Source: a virus
Lineage: Duplodnaviria > Caudoviricetes
DNA length: 64,000 nucleotides
Strand: one strand, 5' to 3'
Virus record (IMG/VR): IMGVR_UViG_3300047160_008180
Location: 769-64,768 of that record
Within the stretch, counting starts at the first letter, position 1. Each line of letters starts with the position of its first letter. The position numbers and the translations under genes were made by a program. Shown here one piece after another: positions 37,777 to 46,434 of this stretch. A model generated the notes under the pieces. The model saw nothing but the letters and a program-made list of their open reading frames with translations. It was not told the origin of the DNA and searched no databases.

Positions 37777-38174
37777 ACGCCTACTGGGCCGAGCGCATCA
37801 CCTGGTCTGAGCAGCACAAGCGCAATTTCCCCATCCGGTACGTGACCCACGAGGGCAAGGCGTACCAGAAGTATGTTCGCGAGCTCATGCTCGAGCGCAA
37901 AGCTTGGTACCGATCACCGCACCCGCTGGCGCTGCGGATCCTGTGCTGCTTCGCCGACGAGAAGGGTCACGATATCGACAACCGGGTGAAGGTGCTTCAG
38001 GACTCACTAAAGAACGGCAACGTGATGGTGGATGACAAGCAGGTAAAACTCCTCGAGGTGCGCGAGGGCCCGCGGATGAAGCCCGCGGTGGTCTTCGTCC
38101 ATCTGCAGGAGATCCTGCAAGACCGTAACGCGAATCTGGCCTGGATCAGGTCCCTGACGACCGACCAGGTCTAA
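37386..38174 (+). CDS. rusA: RusA-like Holliday junction resolvase (start uncertain)
   Basis: LPMPPSINAYW, DIDNRVKVLQDSL...VDDKQV. Confidence 0.85.
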   Translation: MLRYRTRKEAEAAGVLRERPKVSDPAPLPGRVDGGKPVRDPGSRPKAERGVADTPASPDARRNVRDRRKGGGGRPELGVEVGPSDGAFSLDLSPAPIQHVEPGLVVGESAGTSTRRTLLAAVPLPMPPSINAYWAERITWSEQHKRNFPIRYVTHEGKAYQKYVRELMLERKAWYRSPHPLALRILCCFADEKGHDIDNRVKVLQDSLKNGNVMVDDKQVKLLEVREGPRMKPAVVFVHLQEILQDRNANLAWIRSLTTDQV

Positions 38175-38460
38175 CCTCGTAGACGTGATAGTCGACCACT
38201 TTCCTGCCGGTCAACTGCAGAGCGCAGCTACCGACGTAGCCCGCGCCCTCCGGCACGGCCCCACCAGAGACCACGACCACGAAATGACGGTAGTTGCGCA
38301 CGTCGAACGCCACGGTGTCGACATCCTGGTACACCTCGGCGAACAGCCACGGGCCACCCTCCCCCATACCGACAGATACCACCCGCGCGCGTTTCGGCAT
38401 CTCGACGGCCTGCACGGTGGCCTCGGCGGTCAGGTGGTATTTGTTAATCACGCGAGCCAT
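38146..38460 (-). CDS. Small beta-rich phage protein (lone reverse gene)
   Basis: MARVINKYHL...MPKRARVVSV...WLFAEV...YVGS...YHVYEV pattern. Confidence 0.65.
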   Translation of the reverse strand: MARVINKYHLTAEATVQAVEMPKRARVVSVGMGEGGPWLFAEVYQDVDTVAFDVRNYRHFVVVVSGGAVPEGAGYVGSCALQLTGRKVVDYHVYEVRPGRSSGT

Positions 38461-38497
38461 GGGTGCGCCTCTTAGAGTTTGATAGTCGGCGGAGTCT

Positions 38498-39178
38498 ATG
38501 ACGAAACAGCCTGAAACGCCCAGTAACAAACCGGTGGTCGACACCAAGTACGGTTTCCCGGGCGCCATTCCGCGCAAGCAGCAGCAGCAAACATTCCTCA
38601 TCGAATTTGCAAAGAGCGGCAGCCAGCAGGACGCGGCCAAGATCGCGGGTTACTCGCTTCAATGGGCGAAGGCGTGGGCGGGCAAGCTCATCGCGAAATA
38701 TCGCGACTATGTGAGCTGGTTGCAGGCCAGTCGAGCTCAGGCGATCGCGGTCGAGGTGGGTGTCGACACAAAAACCGTGCTCGATGAGATGACGAAGATC
38801 GCTTTCGCTAACGAGTACGACTACCTGGTCTTCTACGAAAAGGATGAGGTGGATGAGAAGACTGGCAAACAAACGGGGCGGAAGGTCCCATGGGCCCGGC
38901 GCAAGTACGTGCACGAGCTCACCCGCGACCAACTGACCGCGGTCGAGGTGTTCCGCCGTGGGGATAAGGGGAGTATTGATTGGAAATGGAGAGATCGAGA
39001 CGGCAAGCTGTTTGAGATTGGCAAGCACCTCGGGCTCTTTAACGAAAGAATTATAATGGAACACCGGCATCGGCACCTGCATGTGTCCTTCGACCTGTCG
39101 AAGGTCCCGATGAAGGACCTCGAGGCCTTGGAGGCGCAGTTCGAGACGCTACTCGGCGAAGGGGATGCCAAGAAATGA
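38498..39178 (+). CDS. terS: Terminase small subunit
   Basis: HTH AAKIAGYS, VLDEMTKIAFAN, GKHLGLF. Upstream of terL. Confidence 0.85.
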   Translation: MTKQPETPSNKPVVDTKYGFPGAIPRKQQQQTFLIEFAKSGSQQDAAKIAGYSLQWAKAWAGKLIAKYRDYVSWLQASRAQAIAVEVGVDTKTVLDEMTKIAFANEYDYLVFYEKDEVDEKTGKQTGRKVPWARRKYVHELTRDQLTAVEVFRRGDKGSIDWKWRDRDGKLFEIGKHLGLFNERIIMEHRHRHLHVSFDLSKVPMKDLEALEAQFETLLGEGDAKK

Positions 39179-39576
39179 CGGATGACCAGGAAGGACGGCG
39201 GAAACTCCAGGCCACCGTCGACGCCTATCTCGAGGAGCGCAAGAAGTTCGTCGTGGGTTTCGTCCGGTTCGTGCTCGAGCGCGGATTGAAGACACCGGCG
39301 CCGCAGCGAGAAGGAAAGCGACCTGAGACCTGGCGGGAGGCCGGCAGGCGGCTCTACGGCAGTGACCTGTTTGAGGCTACACTCGCCGCCGAGATCGATG
39401 CTCGGAGACAAGCCCGTGCCGAAAGCCGATTACCTGATGTACGAGTCAGTAAAGGAAAAAATGCTGGCGAAGGGCGAGCCGCTGGCGGCCGCCAAGACCA
39501 GCGCGGCCAAAATCACCAACGCCCGCGGTCGACCGGTACCGCCCAGCCATCCAAAGGCACGTCGCAAACCCGTTGA
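39175..39576 (+). CDS. Hypothetical protein
   Basis: ATGA-coupled to terS. Its 3' part overlaps 39416. Confidence 0.5.
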   Translation: MTDDQEGRRKLQATVDAYLEERKKFVVGFVRFVLERGLKTPAPQREGKRPETWREAGRRLYGSDLFEATLAAEIDARRQARAESRLPDVRVSKGKNAGEGRAAGGRQDQRGQNHQRPRSTGTAQPSKGTSQTR

Positions 39577-39580
39577 CTGA
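39416..39580 (+). CDS. Small basic protein (54 aa)
   Basis: GGAGA RBS plus GTG, YESVKEKMLAKG...SAAKITNA. Confidence 0.5.
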   Translation: MPKADYLMYESVKEKMLAKGEPLAAAKTSAAKITNARGRPVPPSHPKARRKPVD

Positions 39581-39631
39581 CTCAGCGCGGGGCGACTACT
39601 CTGCGCAACCGGCTGCAACAACGAGTAACAA

Positions 39632-40069
39632 GTGGAAACACCATCAGACCCGGTCCCCGCCCCATCTCCTCCGCCCCCTGTCATCGTGATGCTCGAGGAG
39701 TACTTGGCAAAGGCCAAAAAGGGCGAACTGCAGTCGATCATCATCGGATTCGTGCGTGTGGACGGAGGCGCCGCGGTTCAGTCCACCCCGATGAGCCCGG
39801 TGATGATGAATCACCTGAGTACGCTCCTTGAGCGCCGCGTGGCGCGTGAGTACGACCGTGCGCTGGCGCAGGCGAACAGTGCTCGAGGCGGCACGGGTGC
39901 TGGAGCGGTCCCCGAGATGCCGCGCCAATCACCGGCCGCGCAACTCCCGCGTAAGGTGCGGCGCGCGGTCCAGCAGCGGCAAAAAAACCTGCAGCAGCTC
40001 GCCGAGAAAAAGGCGAAGCAGCAGAAGAAGCCTGAGCCAGTGATACGCCGGCCGCCTGAAGTGACCTGA
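39632..40069 (+). CDS. Hypothetical protein
   Basis: 145 aa, KKGELQSIIIGFV. Confidence 0.55.
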   Translation: METPSDPVPAPSPPPPVIVMLEEYLAKAKKGELQSIIIGFVRVDGGAAVQSTPMSPVMMNHLSTLLERRVAREYDRALAQANSARGGTGAGAVPEMPRQSPAAQLPRKVRRAVQQRQKNLQQLAEKKAKQQKKPEPVIRRPPEVT

Positions 40070-40074
40070 CCGCC

Positions 40075-40263
40075 GTGGCTGAGTCCGTACCCCTCGACAA
40101 ACAGGTAGCGTGTGCGAAGCGCGAGCTGGCGCTGCGTAAACGGGTGTATCCGACCTGGGTCACCGCAAAGCGGATGAACCAGTTCAAGGCTGAGGAAGAG
40201 ATCGCGGCCATGGCGGCGATTGTCGCGACCCTCGAGGGCCTGGCCAGGAAATCGCCCGCATGA
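40075..40263 (+). CDS. Conserved small phage protein
   Basis: KQVACAKRELALRKRVYP.WV...EEIAAMAAI pattern. Confidence 0.65.
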   Translation: MAESVPLDKQVACAKRELALRKRVYPTWVTAKRMNQFKAEEEIAAMAAIVATLEGLARKSPA

Positions 40264-40670
40264 TGCCGGAAAAGTTTCTCTTCTCGACCCTCAAGGTCGA
40301 CGGCTGCTTGGTGATACGGGTCCGCGGCTACCGAGAGCTCAACTGTGCACGCGTCGCGGCCTACAAGTGGGCCGCCCGCCACGGCTGGACGGTGGTGTGC
40401 CTCAAGGTCCCTGGGATTTTGTTCGTGGTGCGTGAACCTGACGGGAGCGGTACAGTCGAGCCCTCAAATGAGGAGGCGTCCACATGCCCGGTCGATCAGG
40501 TCGCGACGAAATGCAGAACACAGCCCTGGCACCACCCACGCGGGCCTTTGGGGCGCCCCTTGGTCCGGCGGCCTCGGTTAACGCTACCGACCGGCCGAAA
40601 CCTGGGCCGGCCGCCCCGAACGTCCAGCGAGCCGCGCTCGCACAGCAGGGACTCTACCGGAAGCCCGTAG
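40260..40670 (+). CDS. Hypothetical protein
   Basis: ATGA-coupled. The 3' half overlaps 40484. Confidence 0.4.
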   Translation: MMPEKFLFSTLKVDGCLVIRVRGYRELNCARVAAYKWAARHGWTVVCLKVPGILFVVREPDGSGTVEPSNEEASTCPVDQVATKCRTQPWHHPRGPLGRPLVRRPRLTLPTGRNLGRPPRTSSEPRSHSRDSTGSP

Positions 40671-40870
40671 GAGCCACGGCCACCCCCGCGGCTCCCAAGC
40701 CAGTGGCGGCACGTCCCGCCGCGCCTCCCACTGCAACCAGCGCACCGGCGGGTAGTCTGGCACAGAAGAGCTATGCCCTGGATCCACTCGGCCCCCTCGG
40801 GCGAGCAGCTTCCCAGATCCAGGCGAACCCCGGCGCCACCGACCAAGCAGTTGAGGATCAAAGCAAATGA
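40484..40870 (+). CDS. Pro/Ala-rich hypothetical protein
   Basis: GGAGG RBS, low complexity. Confidence 0.5.
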   Translation: MPGRSGRDEMQNTALAPPTRAFGAPLGPAASVNATDRPKPGPAAPNVQRAALAQQGLYRKPVGATATPAAPKPVAARPAAPPTATSAPAGSLAQKSYALDPLGPLGRAASQIQANPGATDQAVEDQSK

Positions 40871-41472
40871 GCCGCAGTTACTACCGACGACCACCCTGGG
40901 CCCTGGTTGCGGCCCTCACCTTCATGCTGTTCTGGGATGTGGTGGCCCGCGCGACCGACCTCACTGTGTCGTGTACTGCGCCCACTACCGATGTCAGCGG
41001 CAACCCATTACCCAGCGGGGAGGGTCTGACCTTCAATCTGTACGGCGCTGTACAAGGGCAGCCGCTGAAATTGCTGACCCCTACGCCCGGGGGCGCCTGT
41101 CAGTGGATTCGCACCAATGTGACGCCCGGGAATATCTGCTACGCCGCGACAGCCGTCGGCACGTTGGGTACTACGAGCGCCGAAAGTGCACAGACACCCC
41201 AGGTATGTGCGACAGTCGCACCCCCAGCGGTTCAGCCTCAGCCACCCACTGGCACGACGGTTACGCCTGTGACCGTGGCGACGACGGTCTATATGGAAGT
41301 TCAGGTGGCCAACGGATTCAGTTTTCTTGCGGTTGGGACGGTACCGCTGGGCACCCCCTGCGATTCGACGCAGCGAGTGAACAATTTTAACGTGGTGCCC
41401 GCAACGGCTGTCACATGGACGGGTAGTATTCACAGGCTAGCGGCACTCGCCGCCTGTAGTATTACCAACTGA
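40867..41472 (+). CDS. Exported FN3/Ig-like protein
   Basis: Signal-like N-terminus (WALVAALTFMLFW...ARA), SCTAPTTDVSGNPL...FNLYG, CYAATAV. Confidence 0.6.
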   Translation: MSRSYYRRPPWALVAALTFMLFWDVVARATDLTVSCTAPTTDVSGNPLPSGEGLTFNLYGAVQGQPLKLLTPTPGGACQWIRTNVTPGNICYAATAVGTLGTTSAESAQTPQVCATVAPPAVQPQPPTGTTVTPVTVATTVYMEVQVANGFSFLAVGTVPLGTPCDSTQRVNNFNVVPATAVTWTGSIHRLAALAACSITN

Positions 41473-41484
41473 CCTGGAGTTCCC

Positions 41485-41802
41485 ATGACCCAAATCGTCG
41501 TCACCGTCACCAAGACGCAATCCCCGCTGCCGGCCGGCATCACCTTCGCCGCCACCTCCGTCGCCGTGACGGATAACAGCGGCGCCAAGCTCCCCGCCGT
41601 TTCCTTGAATGGCACCGAGACGCCCCCGTGGCAGGCGACCTTCACCGGCGCGCAGGGTCCGAATGAGGCGACCGCGGTCATCCAGGACCTCGACACCAAC
41701 GGCAATCCGATCGGCTCGCCCATCACGCTGACCGAGACCGGCACCGGCGGCCAGCCCCAGAATTTCGCGGCGTCGACCGGCGGCACCATCACGGTAAGCT
41801 GA
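41485..41802 (+). CDS. Small Thr-rich beta-sandwich protein
   Basis: GGAG RBS, 105 aa, ends STGGTITVS. Confidence 0.6.
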   Translation: MTQIVVTVTKTQSPLPAGITFAATSVAVTDNSGAKLPAVSLNGTETPPWQATFTGAQGPNEATAVIQDLDTNGNPIGSPITLTETGTGGQPQNFAASTGGTITVS

Positions 41803-41804
41803 CC

Positions 41805-41969
41805 GTGAGCGAGCTTGAGCGGATTGAGCGGGTGCTCCAGGCTCAACTGGAGCTCCTGAAAAAGATTGAGGCCAACCAGAGGGTCATTCTGGCTACCGAG
41901 AAGGCCATTCTGGCGGCGCTCAGTCCCTCGTATCCGCGGAGCACTGGCGCCACGATCACCGTCGGTTAG
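41805..41969 (+). CDS. Small coiled-coil protein (54 aa, not in track)
   Basis: MSELERIERVLQAQLELLKKIEANQ...STGATITVG. Confidence 0.5.
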   Translation: MSELERIERVLQAQLELLKKIEANQRVILATEKAILAALSPSYPRSTGATITVG

Positions 41970-42166
41970 CTCTTTCGCAGCCGTTGCAATATGGGGCGCT
42001 CTGTTAAGGATCTCCGCCGCAGCCTGGCACCGGTCACCGGTCTCCCGACCGACGACACGGCCCTGCTGCGTACCGCAGGCCCTGCGGACGCGCCCCAGTC
42101 GATCGCTCAAACCGTCAAGGCTAAAACCCAGCAACTCCGCTCGGGTTACCCGAAAGGACCTACGCG

Positions 42167-42481
42167 ATGAACCCCATTCCGCCCCTGTACAAGCCCGGGA
42201 CCGCTGCGGCTCCGGCCGCCTCGACCACGAAAGCGGCCATTCCGCCGCATGTGAGCACCGCGCAGAATGCTGCCGCCAGCGCCGCGGCCCCTGCCAACAA
42301 ACCCGTGGTGACCACCGAAGGCGTCATGCAACGCCTGAAGTACTTCGAGAACCTCGCAGGCCAGTACGAGCACTACATCGGCACCCTCAAAGCGGCGTTG
42401 GGCCGCACGGGTCACGCGGTGCCGACGGCTTACTTCGCTTCGCTCACGGGCGAGGCGGGTAGCTACGTTCCGAACGCGTGA
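42167..42481 (+). CDS. Hypothetical protein
   Basis: 104 aa with AAGGA RBS. Confidence 0.55.
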   Translation: MNPIPPLYKPGTAAAPAASTTKAAIPPHVSTAQNAAASAAAPANKPVVTTEGVMQRLKYFENLAGQYEHYIGTLKAALGRTGHAVPTAYFASLTGEAGSYVPNA

Positions 42482-42680
42482 GCTAGAATCCAGCTCACAA
42501 CCACGTAGACACGGCGGACTGCAAGGAGCAACGCAGGGCAGGGAAGCCGTCTACGGCAACGCAAGATTCTTAGCGCAGCAAAAAAACCAAACGGGTGGGG
42601 TAGGAGAGGGGAACAATGGAGACCCCGCGTAAGGAAGCGAGCTCCGAGAGCATCCAATTAGGTTCGGGTGCGTCCAATGA

Positions 42681-42712
42681 GGGGGCTGCCGTTCTCCAGG
42701 ATGGCAGCCCCC
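42681..42712. other. Strong inverted repeat upstream of terL
   Basis: GGGGGCTGCC-N12-GGCAGCCCCC. Confidence 0.6.
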
Positions 42713-42755
42713 GCTAGTAAAAACAGCGCAGGCTTCGGTCGGCGCGTGGTACGAC

Positions 42756-45443
42756 ATGCAGGCTCACGAGCTCACCCCTTATCAGCGGGCGGAGCGCCAT
42801 TACACAGCGGTCACGGCTGAGACCTGCCGGCGCTCCCTGCGCAAATTCGTTAAGCGCGTCTGGTCGCTGATCGATCCCAAACCGTATGTAGAAGCTTGGC
42901 ACATCGATGCCATCGCCGACCATTTGGCCTATGTCGCCATCGGCGACATCATGAACCTGATGATCAACGTCCCGCCGCGCATGACAAAGAGCAGCGTGGT
43001 GTCGGTGGCCTTCCCGGCGTGGATGTGGACAGATCAGCCAGACCTGCAGTTCCTAGCCGCCAGCTACCAGAAGGACCTCGCCGAAGGCGATGCCATAAAG
43101 CACCGCCGCATAGTTGAGTCTGCCTGGTACCAAGCCCGGTACCCCGACGTAATCCTCCTGACCGACCAGAACCGGGTCGATGACTTCCGCAACACCAAAG
43201 GTGGGTATCGCCAGACGATCTCGGTAGGTGGTGTGACCACCGGCAAGGGTGGCGACATCCAGCTCTTTGATGACCCGCACAACGCGTTCACCGTTGAGTC
43301 GGACGCGGTGCGCAAGTCGACCATCAACTGGCATGACAATTCCTGGCGATCGCGCGTCAACGATCCCAACACAGCCCGCCGCGTGTACGTGGGCCAGCGC
43401 ACGCACGACGGCGACGTGTTCGGCCACGTGCTGGCCAAGGAGGAGAAACGTTGGGTACACCTCAACCTGCAGATGGAATTCGACGGCTCGAGGCGCTGCA
43501 TCACCTACCGCAACAAGGGTGAGGGTCCGATAGGGGAACCGATCTTCAAGGATCCGCGCACCCAGCCGAATAGCCTTCTGTGTCCCGCGCGCTTCAATGA
43601 GCAAACCGCGCAGCGCGAGAAGGAGGCCGTCAGTGAACGGACCTGGAATGCGCAGTACCAGCAGCAGCCCGAGGGCAAGGGCGGCGTGATCCTGAAGCGG
43701 AAGTGGTGGCGTAACTGGACTTGGCCGGAATGGCATCCCGAGTTCCGCAAGACCGAGCGACCGCTGCCTGAGATGCTGCAGGTGATTCAGGCCTACGACA
43801 CGGCGTTTGAGGAGAGCGAGCAGGACAGCTTCACGGTGCGCACGACCTGGGGCCTGTTCGAGCACTCCGACGTAGTACGCATGTCCAACGGCTCTACGCG
43901 GACCCTTCCGCCGCGGATGAACGCCATGCTCCTTGAGCGCCGCAAATGGCGTCCCAGCTTCGGCGAGCTCCGGGACGATGCCGTGGAGTCGGCCAAGCAG
44001 TTCAGTCCGGACCGCATCCTGGTGGAGAAAAAAAGTTCGGGACACTCTCTCGTGCAAGAGCTCCGTCGTAAAGACCTTCCGGTGCGAGCGGTCAAGATTC
44101 AAGGAGATCTGATCTACCGTGCGCACTTAGCTGCGCTGCCTCTTGAGAAGGGATCTATCTGGTACATCAGCCGAAATTGGTCCAAAGACCTGATAGAGGA
44201 ACTCGCGAAATTCCCGAATGTTGATTTTAATGATCAGGTAGCGAGTTGCTTTGCTGCTGGCACAAAAGTGATTTGCCTGGACGGTGTTCGCGAAATTCAG
44301 GAGATCCGACCCGGCGACCTGGTGCTAACCCACAAAGGGCGTTTTCGGCAGGTAGAGGCGGTCCGTGCCAAACAGGCGGATCACGTCTACAGATTAAAGG
44401 CGATGACATTAGATGAGGTGCAGGTAACCGGGGAGCATCTGGCGTGGAGCAGCGAGATATCGCCGTTGCGCAAGGGGCGGCCTGAGCGGTGGCGACGCGT
44501 GGACCAACTGCGCCCAATCAAGCGATATCGCAGCCGCCGAGGAAAGGCTGAGGTCGCTAGGACGGTCGTGGACGGCCTGACATTACCGTCGGCGAGCCCA
44601 GTACGTTTGCGTTCTATCGATACGAAGTCGTGGAGCGTCGGCCGGGGAGGTCGCGCGAACGGATTCCCGCGCGTGATCCGACTAACCTACGATTTCGGTT
44701 GGGTCCTTGGTTTTTGGATTGCGGAAGGCTCAATGAGCCGAACATCCGCAGTATTTTCGCAGCGCTTCGACAAATGGCAACTGCCAGCGCTGCGTCGCAG
44801 ACTCATGAAGTTGTTCGGAAAGATATGGAGTGAAAGCCGTACCAGAAATATTGTCAATGTGACACTTGGGGTCGCGAGTATCCTTCCGCTTTTCGAAATG
44901 ATGGGACGCGGGTGTACGAATAAAAAGATTCCTGATATTGCGTGGGGAGCACCTGCCGGTTTTCGTCGCGGACTCGTCGATGGGATTGTAGCTGGCGATG
45001 GACACGAGAATGAGGTGGACATCACTGTCAGCACCACTTCCTCTACCCTCGCTTATCAACTGAGACTTCTTTTGGCCAGCCTAGGGCAGCCTTGCACAAT
45101 TGGACGCCCCAAGCGACATCTGCGCAACACCGCATGGCAACCTATCTATGCGGTGCGGTGGTACAAAAATCCAGCGCGTCAGGCAGCAATTAAACGGCCG
45201 GAATCATGGGTCTATCCTGTGGAGAAGGCGCAGCGCGTCGACGGAGAGATTACTGTCTACGATATTCAGGTCGAGGAAGACCGCAGCTTTGTGACTACGG
45301 GAGGCACATTCCACAATTGCGTTATTGCCTGGATGTACATGAGGCGCTTCATGGACCTGCAGATTGAGGACGATGAGGACACCGAGGAACTCGAGCTCTT
45401 TAACCCTGCCATCATGAGGCCCACCATTGGTTACTACGGGTAG
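42756..45443 (+). CDS. terL: Terminase large subunit with intein
   Basis: INVPPRMTKS Walker A, LFDDPH Walker B, QAYDTAF and VEKKSSG nuclease motifs. Confidence 0.95.
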   Translation: MQAHELTPYQRAERHYTAVTAETCRRSLRKFVKRVWSLIDPKPYVEAWHIDAIADHLAYVAIGDIMNLMINVPPRMTKSSVVSVAFPAWMWTDQPDLQFLAASYQKDLAEGDAIKHRRIVESAWYQARYPDVILLTDQNRVDDFRNTKGGYRQTISVGGVTTGKGGDIQLFDDPHNAFTVESDAVRKSTINWHDNSWRSRVNDPNTARRVYVGQRTHDGDVFGHVLAKEEKRWVHLNLQMEFDGSRRCITYRNKGEGPIGEPIFKDPRTQPNSLLCPARFNEQTAQREKEAVSERTWNAQYQQQPEGKGGVILKRKWWRNWTWPEWHPEFRKTERPLPEMLQVIQAYDTAFEESEQDSFTVRTTWGLFEHSDVVRMSNGSTRTLPPRMNAMLLERRKWRPSFGELRDDAVESAKQFSPDRILVEKKSSGHSLVQELRRKDLPVRAVKIQGDLIYRAHLAALPLEKGSIWYISRNWSKDLIEELAKFPNVDFNDQVASCFAAGTKVICLDGVREIQEIRPGDLVLTHKGRFRQVEAVRAKQADHVYRLKAMTLDEVQVTGEHLAWSSEISPLRKGRPERWRRVDQLRPIKRYRSRRGKAEVARTVVDGLTLPSASPVRLRSIDTKSWSVGRGGRANGFPRVIRLTYDFGWVLGFWIAEGSMSRTSAVFSQRFDKWQLPALRRRLMKLFGKIWSESRTRNIVNVTLGVASILPLFEMMGRGCTNKKIPDIAWGAPAGFRRGLVDGIVAGDGHENEVDITVSTTSSTLAYQLRLLLASLGQPCTIGRPKRHLRNTAWQPIYAVRWYKNPARQAAIKRPESWVYPVEKAQRVDGEITVYDIQVEEDRSFVTTGGTFHNCVIAWMYMRRFMDLQIEDDEDTEELELFNPAIMRPTIGYYG
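44247..45317 (+). mobile_element. Intein (357 aa) with LAGLIDADG homing endonuclease
   Basis: CFAAGTKV N-terminus, GDLVLTH, LGFWIAEGS and LVDGIVAGDG, VYDIQVEEDRSF...HN followed by Cys(+1). Confidence 0.95.
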
Positions 45444-45726
45444 AAGCGGATACGACCTGACTCTGTTGGGAGATGCGCTCGCCGCGTTGGATAAGCTTGA
45501 TGAAGGCGGCGACTACTCACTCCTGAAGGAGGAAATACGCGCAGCGATAGATCCGTGGCGGGAGATCCAAGAAGGCTACGGCTGTTATCCACCCTACGTC
45601 GACAAGGATCCGGTGGCAGCCATGGCAGCAGCGAAAGAGCGAGGCCTGAAGCTCATCACCGAGTTTTGGGAGACTCGGAAGTATCCCCGCACACTTGAAC
45701 TGATCCACTACTGGGTAAAAGCATGA
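45427..45726 (+). CDS. Hypothetical protein
   Basis: 99 aa, start uncertain. Confidence 0.45.
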   Translation: MVTTGRSGYDLTLLGDALAALDKLDEGGDYSLLKEEIRAAIDPWREIQEGYGCYPPYVDKDPVAAMAAAKERGLKLITEFWETRKYPRTLELIHYWVKA

Positions 45727-45935
45727 AAATCGTTGGTTACAGCCTGCTCGAGTCGGACAATTACGAGGAGTTCGTGACGGAGGTCGCGCGTCTGTGCACG
45801 GAAGAAGGATGGTTTCCGAGCGGTGGCGTATGCATCTGGTTCGAGCCGCCGGGGCCTCGACAGCCCGACGATCCGGCCAACCCGATCAAGGGAACCACTC
45901 ACTACGCCCAGGCGCTGGTGCAGTATGGCCAATGA
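45723..45935 (+). CDS. DUF1737-like small protein
   Basis: YEEFVTEV...EEGWFPSGGV...YAQALV. Confidence 0.6.
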   Translation: MKIVGYSLLESDNYEEFVTEVARLCTEEGWFPSGGVCIWFEPPGPRQPDDPANPIKGTTHYAQALVQYGQ

Positions 45936-46404
45936 AGAAACCAGCCCGGATTCGTCCACCTCGAACCCCCTGTTAATGCAGGAGGTCCCGCAGACACTGG
46001 CCCAGTTGAGCGCCAAGGTCGAGGAACTCTTCCACTGCGTGAATGGGCCGCCGGTCGCCTACTTTGAGATCCCGCTGGATCCGCGGGAGCACGAACAATG
46101 CGGCCAGCAGTTCGAGCGGTACGTCTACGTGTCGCTTGCTTGGCGCACCGACCTGGCCCGGGACGGAGCGGAAGCGCGCCTGGTCATGGCAATGCTCGAG
46201 CCGTTTCTCGACGCCCGCCGGCAATTGTGCGGGGATAAGGGCAATGACGAGGTATTGAAGCCGCTGCTGTTCTGGCGCCGACCGCTCGAACTCACCCGCC
46301 TTGAGGAGGACGGACAGCTCAAACTACGGTGCCGAGTCATCATTCCCGGCACCACCCTGGCCGCCTACGAGCACAAGGAGGGCGAAGTCATCTTACACTT
46401 GTGA
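45925..46404 (+). CDS. Hypothetical protein
   Basis: ATG 45925, overlapping the previous gene. Confidence 0.55.
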   Translation: MANEETSPDSSTSNPLLMQEVPQTLAQLSAKVEELFHCVNGPPVAYFEIPLDPREHEQCGQQFERYVYVSLAWRTDLARDGAEARLVMAMLEPFLDARRQLCGDKGNDEVLKPLLFWRRPLELTRLEEDGQLKLRCRVIIPGTTLAAYEHKEGEVILHL

Positions 46405-46428
46405 CGCTCTGTTACACGCTGTTACCAT
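46399..46428 (+). promoter_or_regulatory. Conserved promoter/operator element, copy 2
   Basis: TTGTGACGCTCTGTTACACGCTGTTACCAT, with TACCAT as -10 and ATG 6 nt later. Confidence 0.65.
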
Positions 46429-46434
46429 GACGCC

